A stretch of 64,000 nucleotides of DNA from an uncultured Methanosarcinales archaeon. Its GTDB lineage: Archaea; Nanobdellota; Nanobdellia; Woesearchaeales; CAZOXR01. Both the position numbers and the translations under genes were made by a program. The stretch spans positions 1 through 64,000 of the forward strand of contig CAZMIO010000004.1 of NCBI GenBank assembly GCA_964566535.1, in the 5' to 3' direction. Shown here piece by piece: positions 38,768 to 47,306 of this stretch (positions within the stretch are counted from its first letter, which is position 1; each line of letters begins with the position of its first letter). The notes beneath the pieces were generated by a model that searched no databases, was not told the origin of the DNA, and saw nothing but the letters and a program-made list of their open reading frames with translations.

Positions 38768-39778
38768 TCATATTTTTCTGCCTATAACTTTTGCAATTGC
38801 ATCTAATTGTTTCATTAGTTTTGCAAATTCATCTAAGTCAATTGTCTGATCTGCATCAACAATTGCGTTTTCAGGATCACAATGCGTTTCAATTATAAGG
38901 CCATCTGCTCCAGCTGCAACTGCTGCACGCGACATAGGGGTAACAAGGCTCTTCTTCCCAGTTCCATGACTTGGATCAACAATTACTGGAAGATGAGTAA
39001 GTTCTTTTAATGAAGGAACTGCATTGATATCTAATGTGTTCCTTGTATACGTTTCGAAAGTTCTTACTCCCCTCTCACATAGGATCACTTCTCTATTTCC
39101 TTGAGCCATTATGTATTCTGCTGCAAGGAGCAGTTCTTTGTAATTAGCCCACATTCCCCTTTTTAGGAGTACTGGCATTTTTGTTTTTCCAACTTCTTTT
39201 AGGAGAGGGTAGTTTTGCATATTTCTCGTTCCTACTTGCAGTATGTCCGTATATTTACTGACTAATTCAACATCTCTTGGATCAATTACTTCAGTAACTA
39301 TCTTTAATCCAGTTGCATCTCTTGCTTTAGCTAGAAGTTTTAGTCCTTTTTCACCTAATCCTTGGAAGTCATAAGGCCCCGTCCTTGGTTTATAAGCTCC
39401 CCCCCTTAGAATCTTAGCTCCTGATTTCTTTACTGATTTAGCTATCTCCACGATTTGCTTTTCACTTTCAACGGCACAAGGACCAGCTATGATTATTACT
39501 TCTTGACCGCCTATAACTACATCACCAACTCTAACCTTGCTTGCCTTTTTGCCTTCTTTGCTTGCTAGTTTGTATGGTTTTAGTACTTCCATGACTTTTT
39601 CAACTCCGGGCATTGCTTTTATTTTATTTACTGGTAGTATCCTTTCATCACCTATAATGGCAATGACTGTTCTTTCAGTCCCAACAAGCGGGACAGGTCT
39701 AAGTTTTAATGACTCTATTTTATGTATTGCATTCTCAATATTTTCCTTTTTTGCTTCCTTCTTCATTACAATTATCAT
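38768..39778 (-). CDS. aroF: DAHP synthase (type I-beta, N-terminal regulatory domain)
   Basis: 'IAGPCAVES', 'RGGAYKPRT', 'LLKRG', 'CERG', 'DPSHG'. Confidence 0.95.
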   Translation of the reverse strand: MIIVMKKEAKKENIENAIHKIESLKLRPVPLVGTERTVIAIIGDERILPVNKIKAMPGVEKVMEVLKPYKLASKEGKKASKVRVGDVVIGGQEVIIIAGPCAVESEKQIVEIAKSVKKSGAKILRGGAYKPRTGPYDFQGLGEKGLKLLAKARDATGLKIVTEVIDPRDVELVSKYTDILQVGTRNMQNYPLLKEVGKTKMPVLLKRGMWANYKELLLAAEYIMAQGNREVILCERGVRTFETYTRNTLDINAVPSLKELTHLPVIVDPSHGTGKKSLVTPMSRAAVAAGADGLIIETHCDPENAIVDADQTIDLDEFAKLMKQLDAIAKVIGRKI

Positions 39779-39829
39779 TTCTATCCCCCCACAGGACTTT
39801 TGTGTTTAATATACTTTCTTTTTTCCTAT

Positions 39830-40789
39830 TCATTTTCTTTTGATTGTGTTTTTTACAGCTTTAATTATTTGTTCAGGAGTTAGATTGTAATGTTCATAAA
39901 GTTCTTTTGGTGTTCCTGATTCTCCAAATGTGTCCATCATCCCAACCCGCTCTAATGGTGTAGGGATATTTTCTGACAACACTTCTGCCACTGCCGACCC
40001 TAGTCCGCCTATTATGTTGTGGTCTTCTGCAGTAACTATCGCTTTAGTCTCTCGTGCTGAACTAATTATGAGTTCTTTGTCAATTGGTTTTATTGTGTGG
40101 ATGTTGATGATTTTAGCATTTATGTTTTGTTCTTTTAATTTCTCATGTGCTTCTAATGCTATGTGGACTAAGGCGCCTGTTGCAATTATTGTTACGTCCT
40201 TTCCTTCCTTTAGTATGGTACCTTTCCCTATTTCGAATTTTTGGTCATTGTTTGTTATCGATGGAACTTTACCTCTCCCTAACCTTAAATAAATGGGGCC
40301 TTTATAGTCGACTGAAGCTTTGACGGCGCTTATTGCCTCATTATAATCTGCTGGTTGGATAACAGTCATGTTTGGAATTGCCCTCATCAGTGAAATATCT
40401 TCAGTAGCTTGATGTGAGGCACCATCTTCTCCTGTTAAGATGCCTGCATGAGACCCCACAACCCTCATATTTAATTTTGAGATTCCTGCCATCAATCTTA
40501 TCTGTCCATAAGCACGACCTGTAATGAACACTGCAAATGAGGAAGCATATGATATTTTTCCTGATGCAGCCAATCCTGCAGCAGTTCCAATTAAGTCTTG
40601 CTCACTAATTCCTAAATTGAAAAAACGGTCAGGGTATTTTTCTTGGAACTTTGAGGAATTTGTAGATTTTGAAAGATCTGCATCTAGTGCAACGATACGT
40701 TCATCTTTTCCTATTTCAACTAAAGCATCCCCATATCCTTCTCTAGTTGCTTTTTCTACTGGTGGTTGGTTGTCTGACATATTAATCAT
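39830..40789 (-). CDS. Transketolase C-terminal subunit
   Basis: 'ATREGYG', 'GISEQ', 'GEDGASHQ', 'AEDHNIIGGLGSAVAE'. Confidence 0.94.
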   Translation of the reverse strand: MINMSDNQPPVEKATREGYGDALVEIGKDERIVALDADLSKSTNSSKFQEKYPDRFFNLGISEQDLIGTAAGLAASGKISYASSFAVFITGRAYGQIRLMAGISKLNMRVVGSHAGILTGEDGASHQATEDISLMRAIPNMTVIQPADYNEAISAVKASVDYKGPIYLRLGRGKVPSITNNDQKFEIGKGTILKEGKDVTIIATGALVHIALEAHEKLKEQNINAKIINIHTIKPIDKELIISSARETKAIVTAEDHNIIGGLGSAVAEVLSENIPTPLERVGMMDTFGESGTPKELYEHYNLTPEQIIKAVKNTIKRK

Positions 40790-41610
40790 TAATCCTCTTG
40801 GTCAAGCTCCAAAATGCATTGTTTTAGTTCTTCTGGGTTGCACGCTTTTCCGTGCCATCCTACTTCATTTTCCATACAGCAAACACCCTTACCTTTTATT
40901 GTATGGGCTAAGATTAACGTTGGTTTGCCTTTTATTTTATCTGCACTATCGAGTGCAGTTATTATTTCAGTAAAGTTGTGCCCATCTATCTCTATTACGT
41001 GCCAGCCAAATGCTTCCCATTTTTCTTTAATTGGCTTTATTGATTTTACTTCGTCGTTGAATCCATCAATTTGAAGGTTGTTATTGTCAAGGATCGCCAC
41101 AAGATTGTCCAATTTGTAGTGTGAGGAAGTCATTGCAGCCTCCCATATTTGACCCTCTTGAATTTCGCCGTCCCCCATTAATACATAGACATTAGATTGG
41201 AGTTTGTCTAGTTTGAGTGCTAATGCCACTCCGTTGGCAAAACTTAAACCTTGTCCTAGGGGGCCTGTTGAGGCGTCAATCCCTGGACATTTTTCAATTT
41301 CTGGGTGGCCCTGTAAGATTGAGCCAACTTTTCTTAATGTTTTTAGGTGTGAAACTGGGAAATATCCAGTCCTAGCCAAAACTGAGTATAGCGCAGGACA
41401 TGAATGACCCTTGCTTAATACGAATCTGTCTCTATCTGGTTTGTGTGGGTTTTTTGGATCGTGTTTTAGCTTATGATAGTAGAGTGTTACAATTATGTCT
41501 GTTGCAGATAAAGACCCTCCTGGATGGCCTGAAGCTGCAGCTGAGGTCATCTCTAGGATATCCTTCCTAGTTTGCTTTGCTTCTTGCTTTAATTTGTCGA
41601 TTATCTCCAT
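40789..41610 (-). CDS. Transketolase N-terminal (TPP-binding) subunit
   Basis: 'SGHPGGSLS', 'DRFVLSKGH', 'GDGEIQEGQIWEA', 'WHGKA'. Confidence 0.95.
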   Translation of the reverse strand: MEIIDKLKQEAKQTRKDILEMTSAAASGHPGGSLSATDIIVTLYYHKLKHDPKNPHKPDRDRFVLSKGHSCPALYSVLARTGYFPVSHLKTLRKVGSILQGHPEIEKCPGIDASTGPLGQGLSFANGVALALKLDKLQSNVYVLMGDGEIQEGQIWEAAMTSSHYKLDNLVAILDNNNLQIDGFNDEVKSIKPIKEKWEAFGWHVIEIDGHNFTEIITALDSADKIKGKPTLILAHTIKGKGVCCMENEVGWHGKACNPEELKQCILELDQED

Positions 41611-41679
41611 TTTTTAGTTGATTTTTTTTATTGTTTTATATGTGTTATTATAATATAGCTCGGTTAAGGGAGAACATTG

Positions 41680-41707
41680 GTCCAGTATAGATTTAACTAT
41701 AGTGGAC
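41680..41707. promoter_or_regulatory. Palindromic candidate operator upstream of the tkt-aro operon
   Basis: gtccagtatag-atttaa-ctatagtggac, 10 of 11 arm positions complementary. Confidence 0.45.
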
Positions 41708-41853
41708 TATATAAAATAAAACCAAAAAGATCTATCTAGAAAAAACTCTTCAAACAAAAAATTGATTGAATTATTTATTCTGTTTAACATTGTGATATGG
41801 TAGTTGTTATTTATATATAAACATTTCGTTGTTAAAGAGAAAAAAATAAAAAA

Positions 41854-42666
41854 TTATTTGGGTGGAACGCCAGGTTTCATGTTTTTCCAGGCAACATCAA
41901 ACAAACTATCCATTGCTTTTGCAAAGAAAGGCGTTCTGACCCAGACTCCAACATCATAAGTAGGATGGACTTCAGCATCATCTAAAACCATGAAAATTAG
42001 TTCCTTCCCATCGATTACACAGAATCTTGCTTTGCTGTTGGTATGTCTGACTTCAGCTACACTGCTTACTTCTTTCATTGCCTGCATATTTTCTTTAGTT
42101 AAAGGTGCAGCTATTCTTATTTTAACGCCCCTTTTCTTGATTTTTTCGAATGTTGGCTTGAGTCCTTCTATTTTCCTTAGCAATCCTTTTGATGTAGTCA
42201 TCAATGTTACTGATTCTTCAGCGTTTCTTATTGTAAGTTCTAAGTGGTTGTATAGGTTATGTCTTCCTCTTAAAGATCCAGAAAGGTCAGTTGGTTCAAT
42301 AAGCTCAACACCTTGAGTGTGTAATGTGTTAAGTTCGTTAACAACTTCCGTTCCTTTTAAATTATCTAGTCTATCAATCTTTTCTTTTGCACCTTCTTTG
42401 AGGTTTTTCTTAACTCTTTCTAAAACTTCTGCTGGTGGTACTGCAATATATTTTATCGGTTTGCCAAGTTTCATTATGACAAATCCTTTTTTTTCCAGGC
42501 TTTCTAAGATGTCATAACTTCTTGATCTTGGAACATTTGCTATGTCAGAAAGTTCTCCTGCTGTAGATACTCCTCGTGAAAGAAGCGCTGTCCAAATTTT
42601 TACTTCATAAAGATTTAACGAGAAATACCTTCTCAATTTACTTAAAAATTCTTCTTTTACAATCAT
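41854..42666 (-). CDS. TrmB family transcriptional regulator (paralog of 22642..23448)
   Basis: 'LNLYEVKIWTALLSRGVSTAGELSDIANVPRSRSYDILESLEKKGF'. Confidence 0.92.
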   Translation of the reverse strand: MIVKEEFLSKLRRYFSLNLYEVKIWTALLSRGVSTAGELSDIANVPRSRSYDILESLEKKGFVIMKLGKPIKYIAVPPAEVLERVKKNLKEGAKEKIDRLDNLKGTEVVNELNTLHTQGVELIEPTDLSGSLRGRHNLYNHLELTIRNAEESVTLMTTSKGLLRKIEGLKPTFEKIKKRGVKIRIAAPLTKENMQAMKEVSSVAEVRHTNSKARFCVIDGKELIFMVLDDAEVHPTYDVGVWVRTPFFAKAMDSLFDVAWKNMKPGVPPK

Positions 42667-42879
42667 TTAATACACCCCCCTTTTTTAAGGAGTAAAAGGA
42701 TAGTACTACTTAATATATGTTACGGTTTTTTACCCCGTAACAGTACCTTTACTTTTAATTAGTTACGTTAATTATTTACTTTAAAGTCAAAACAGTAATT
42801 AGAATAAGTGTATAACTAATATATAAAGATTGTTAGACTATAGAATATGTTTTTTCTTGCTTTAAAAAGTGTTAATGAA

Positions 42880-44838
42880 CTATTTCCTATTCTTTATTAA
42901 GTCATCAACAACAGAAGGATCTGCTAATGTTGTTGTGTTACCAACGTCATCTCCACCTGAAGCAATTATTTTTAAGATACGTCTCATTATTTTTCCAGAT
43001 CTTGTTTTTGGTAATGCATCTACAAGCTGGACTTTGTCAGGCTTTGCAATTGGACCAATTTCTTTTCCTACATGGCCTCTTAATTCTTTTTCTAATTGCT
43101 CTGATTGTTCTACATCATTATTTAATATAACAAACGCGTAGAGTGCTTGACCTTTAATCTCGTGAGGCATTGGAACAACTGCTGCTTCTGCAACAGATTT
43201 ATGGGAAACCAAAGCAGATTCAACTTCTGCTGTACCAATCCTATGGCCTGAAACATTTATTACGTCATCAATTCTTCCCATAAGCCAGTAGTCTCCATCC
43301 TTATCTTTTTTTGCTCCATCTCCTGCAAAATACATTCCAGGGAATCTGCTCCAGTAAGTTTCTATGTATCTTTTATGGTTTTTGTAGACGGTTCTCATTA
43401 AGCCAGGCCAAGGTTTTTTTATTGCTAAATAGCCTCCTTCGTTAGTATTTGCCTCAGAGCCATTTTCTCTTAGGATTATTGGTTCTATTCCGAAGAAAGG
43501 TTTTGATGCCGATGATGGTTTTAGTGAGTGGGCTCCCGGTAATGGCGTTATTAGAATGCCACCAGTTTCAGTCTGCCACCAAGTATCTACGATTGGACAT
43601 TTTTTGTTTCCGATATTGTCGTAGTACCACATCCATGCCTCAGGATTAATTGGTTCTCCTACTGACCCTAGGAGCCTTAATGAGCTAATGTCATGTTTTT
43701 TGATGGGGCCCGTTCCATATTTTGCTATTGCCCTTATTGCTGTTGGGGCCGTGTAAAAAAGGCTGACCTTGAATTTTTCAACAACTTGCCAGAATCTACC
43801 ATTGTCAGGGTAACTTGGTACACCTTCAAACATTATTGAAGTAGCAGCATTAGCCAGTGGGCCATAGACAATATATGAATGGCCGGTTATCCAGCCAATG
43901 TCTGCCGTACACCAGTAGACATCTTTGTCATGGTAATCAAATATGTATTTGAAAGTTTGAGAAGTGTAGAGAAGGTAACCTCCCGTTGTGTGTAGGACAC
44001 CTTTAGGTTTCCCAGTTGTCCCTGAAGTATAGAGGATGAATAAAGGGTCTTCCGCACCCATCTCTTCTGCTGGACAGTCATCTGATGAGTCTTTTATTTC
44101 GTCGTTCCAGTAGATGTCGCGACCCTTTTTCATAGTCGTTTTGTTATTGGCTCTTTTTGCAACAATAACTTTTTTTATACATGAAACTCCTTTTAATGCG
44201 TCGTCAGCTATCTTTTTCAAGTCTATTATTTTCCCTGCTCTTAGCCCACCATCTGCAGTCAGAAGAATTTTACATTTACTGTCGAGTATTCTATCTTTTA
44301 ACGATTCTGCACTAAAGCCGGCAAAAACTATTGAATGTACTGCTCCGATTCTTGTACATGCCAGCATTGCTATGGCAAGTTCTGGAATCATTGGTAAGTA
44401 CATGCAGATTCTATCTCCCTTTTTTATTCCATGTTTTTTGAGAACGTTAGCGAATTTACAAACTTCTTTGTGAAGTTGTTTGTAAGTAAATTTTTTAACA
44501 TCTTTTTCTGGTTCTCCTTGCCAGATGATTGCAAGTTTGTCAGGGTTTGTTTCTAAATGTCTGTCTAAACAGTTGTAAGATACATTTAGTTTTCCGCCCT
44601 TAAACCAAGTGAATTCACATTTCTTTTTGTTCCAATTAAAACCAGAGTCCCATTTTTTGAACCAGTGCAAATCGTTAGCTTTATTTTCCCAGAATTTTTC
44701 AGGATCCTTTATTGATTCATTGTATAATTTGTTATATTCTTTTTCGCTTTTTATGTGGGCATTTTTGCTAAAACTTTTTGGTGGAGGAATTATTCTTTTT
44801 TCATTACCAATTGATTCTATTGTTGTTTCTTTTTCCAT
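42880..44838 (-). CDS. acs: Acetyl-CoA synthetase (AMP-forming)
   Basis: 'YTSGTTGKPKG', 'VDTWWQTETGG', 'PKTRSGKIMRR'. Confidence 0.97.
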   Translation of the reverse strand: MEKETTIESIGNEKRIIPPPKSFSKNAHIKSEKEYNKLYNESIKDPEKFWENKANDLHWFKKWDSGFNWNKKKCEFTWFKGGKLNVSYNCLDRHLETNPDKLAIIWQGEPEKDVKKFTYKQLHKEVCKFANVLKKHGIKKGDRICMYLPMIPELAIAMLACTRIGAVHSIVFAGFSAESLKDRILDSKCKILLTADGGLRAGKIIDLKKIADDALKGVSCIKKVIVAKRANNKTTMKKGRDIYWNDEIKDSSDDCPAEEMGAEDPLFILYTSGTTGKPKGVLHTTGGYLLYTSQTFKYIFDYHDKDVYWCTADIGWITGHSYIVYGPLANAATSIMFEGVPSYPDNGRFWQVVEKFKVSLFYTAPTAIRAIAKYGTGPIKKHDISSLRLLGSVGEPINPEAWMWYYDNIGNKKCPIVDTWWQTETGGILITPLPGAHSLKPSSASKPFFGIEPIILRENGSEANTNEGGYLAIKKPWPGLMRTVYKNHKRYIETYWSRFPGMYFAGDGAKKDKDGDYWLMGRIDDVINVSGHRIGTAEVESALVSHKSVAEAAVVPMPHEIKGQALYAFVILNNDVEQSEQLEKELRGHVGKEIGPIAKPDKVQLVDALPKTRSGKIMRRILKIIASGGDDVGNTTTLADPSVVDDLIKNRK

Positions 44839-44903
44839 TTTGACCTCTTTTTTAGATTTATATTATTATGAGGATACTACTTTTAAATATTTTACTGTAA
44901 GTA

Positions 44904-45968
44904 TCAGTAGTTAAGTTTAAATTTTAGAATAGCCCCAATCCCACCTAGGCCGTTTAGTTTTTTCCCTGCTTCGTTGTCTGAAGAAATAATATGTACTTCA
45001 CCTTTTGTTGCTTCTGTTGTCTTCATCATGTTTTCTAATTTGTGGAACGAGTTGTTGTCTCTTGCTTTCTTGATTAGTGTATCTGTGATTAAGAGGGTCT
45101 TTGCTGCACCTCCATTTACTGCGTTTTCAGTTTCCTTTAGTCCGTAAGCTGCTAGGTTGTCTTTTGAGATTTCTATGAAGAGAGACTCTACTAGGTTGAC
45201 TTCTTTCGTTGTTCTGTCCTGATTGAGTGCTTGTTGTGTTTCATTTCTTTTCAGGACCTCATTTATCGCAGGTTCAGTTACTGAGGAGCATGTTGCTTGT
45301 ATTATTTTGCTCTTCAATTCTTTGTTTTTGAGTTCCTTTAGAAGTTCTTCTTTCCAAAAAGCAGGACTTGCCAAAATTATGTTTTGCAGGTCTAATCTTT
45401 TGTCATACTCTTCTATTTTTTTTATAGCTTGAGCGTAGAAGTCAGACTTTATTTTATCTTTGTCTGCCTTTTTTTGCACATTTCCTTTTAGATGTGATAA
45501 AAGTTGGTAACCATACTTTTTCATCAAGGCAAAATATGCTTCTTCTCGGTCAAAGATAACTATCAATATTTTTGAGATTTTTTGGGAGAATGCTTCATTT
45601 AATTTATTTAGCTGGAATTTTAACCATTTAGGTTTCGTTATTGTAATTGTAGTGTTAGGTTCTAAGTTGAACGAATGGTGAGTGCCTCTTGCAATATCTT
45701 CCGGACCCTGAGTTATTGTTCCTAAGGTTCTTAATGCGTTTGTTGATTTAGAATATTCTATCTTTTCTGCTTTTATTTCAATAAAGACTGGTTTTTTGAT
45801 TATTTTGACGTTTCTTTGGTCTTTGTCCCCAATTTTTATCTTCCTAATAGTCTTCCCTTTAATTAAATCAGTGGGGTCAATTATTTGGTTTAAGCACCAG
45901 AGGTCATCTAGGTTCTGGATTTGTAGCTTAATTTCCCCTTTCTTTAGGTTGATTGATAATTTTTTCAT
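44904..45968 (-). CDS. pelA: Pelota ribosome rescue factor
   Basis: 'NLDDLWCL', 'GTHHSFNL', eRF1-like domains, 'LNGLGGIGAILKF'. Confidence 0.93.
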   Translation of the reverse strand: MKKLSINLKKGEIKLQIQNLDDLWCLNQIIDPTDLIKGKTIRKIKIGDKDQRNVKIIKKPVFIEIKAEKIEYSKSTNALRTLGTITQGPEDIARGTHHSFNLEPNTTITITKPKWLKFQLNKLNEAFSQKISKILIVIFDREEAYFALMKKYGYQLLSHLKGNVQKKADKDKIKSDFYAQAIKKIEEYDKRLDLQNIILASPAFWKEELLKELKNKELKSKIIQATCSSVTEPAINEVLKRNETQQALNQDRTTKEVNLVESLFIEISKDNLAAYGLKETENAVNGGAAKTLLITDTLIKKARDNNSFHKLENMMKTTEATKGEVHIISSDNEAGKKLNGLGGIGAILKFKLNY

Positions 45969-46046
45969 GTGTATAAAAATCAGAAGATTTATATATAAAT
46001 ATATTCATTTTTAAAGTGGATAGATAGATTTGTAAAAAAAGGTGGT

Positions 46047-47234
46047 ATGATGATTAAAAAAAAGGGTCAAGGCGGAGTTAATGCTGCTTTACTTGTCGCT
46101 ATCATTGCTGGTGTGATTATTCTTTATGTATTATTTCTTCCTGTAGGTGAAAAAGAGGAGCTATTTGGGGAAAGTACTAGTACTGGGGGAGGTAATGAGG
46201 GAGGGGGTGCTGATGACGTAATATTACTGTCTGAGGGTCCAGAACAGATAAGCCCATTTGAGAAACTTGAGGACATAGACATTCCTAATATTTATTTGAT
46301 TGAGGCGATTAATGCCAATGAGATAGAAAGAGTAAATGCATTTAGTGTGAGAAATGGGTTGTTTGATGATGTCAAGAAAGTAGTTCAGTTTGATATCGAT
46401 GATCTTGATAATACTGATAATGTTTTACTGTCGTTTAGCGCTGCTAAGAGAAAGGGCAATTTGATTATAAAACTAAACGATGAAGTGATTTATAATTTTG
46501 CTCCAAGTAAAGTAAATATTGTTGTGGAATTAAGAAAAGAGAAATTAGAGGGGATAAATTCCCTTGAGTTTAGCGTTTCATCTGTTGGAGCTGCTTTTTG
46601 GGCAACTAATGAATATGGTTTAGATGATGTTAGAATTATAGGAGACATAACTGATAGGAGTAGGCAGGAAAGTAGGAATATTTTTGAGATTACCAGTGGA
46701 GAATTTGAGAATCTTGAAAAGACAAGTTTAAGGTTCATCCCTTATTGTAGCAATATCGCAAACGTTGGTATTTTAGATGTGTTCGTAAACAATAGGAATG
46801 TTTATTCTGCTGCGCCAGTATGTGATGACCCAGTTAAGATTCCAATACTTGGCGCAACCGATATTGGAGAAAATAATGTAGTTTTCAAAACTTCAATGGG
46901 AAGCTATAGTATTGAGCAGATAACTGTGGAGCTGGAGTCTAAAGATGCAAGAAGTTTATCTTTCTTTTTCGAACTCGATGATGAACAGTATGCAGATGTT
47001 CAGGATGGAGATAAATCCGTTAATTTAACTATTGCCTTTGTTGACGATGATGAACTAAAAAAAGCAGACATTAAAGTCAATGGTAAAAGTTTCCCTAGAC
47101 AGCTTGACCAGGATGAGCCTTATTATAACAAACAATTGAGAAGTTCACAGCTTGAAGAAGGGAATAATTACATTGAGATAGTTCCAAAGAAATTACTTAA
47201 GATTGTTGATTTAGAATTGATATTATGGGATTAA
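46047..47234 (+). CDS. Protein with class III (pilin-like) signal peptide and acidic beta-rich extracellular part
   Basis: 'KKKGQGGVNAALLVAIIAGVIILYVLFLP'. Confidence 0.75.
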   Translation: MMIKKKGQGGVNAALLVAIIAGVIILYVLFLPVGEKEELFGESTSTGGGNEGGGADDVILLSEGPEQISPFEKLEDIDIPNIYLIEAINANEIERVNAFSVRNGLFDDVKKVVQFDIDDLDNTDNVLLSFSAAKRKGNLIIKLNDEVIYNFAPSKVNIVVELRKEKLEGINSLEFSVSSVGAAFWATNEYGLDDVRIIGDITDRSRQESRNIFEITSGEFENLEKTSLRFIPYCSNIANVGILDVFVNNRNVYSAAPVCDDPVKIPILGATDIGENNVVFKTSMGSYSIEQITVELESKDARSLSFFFELDDEQYADVQDGDKSVNLTIAFVDDDELKKADIKVNGKSFPRQLDQDEPYYNKQLRSSQLEEGNNYIEIVPKKLLKIVDLELILWD

Positions 47235-47306
47235 TTTTTGAGGTGAATTGGAGTTCTGAATTTTGGTAGTTGAAAATGGATAGTCTAAAAATAAATGAGG
47301 GTTTAA

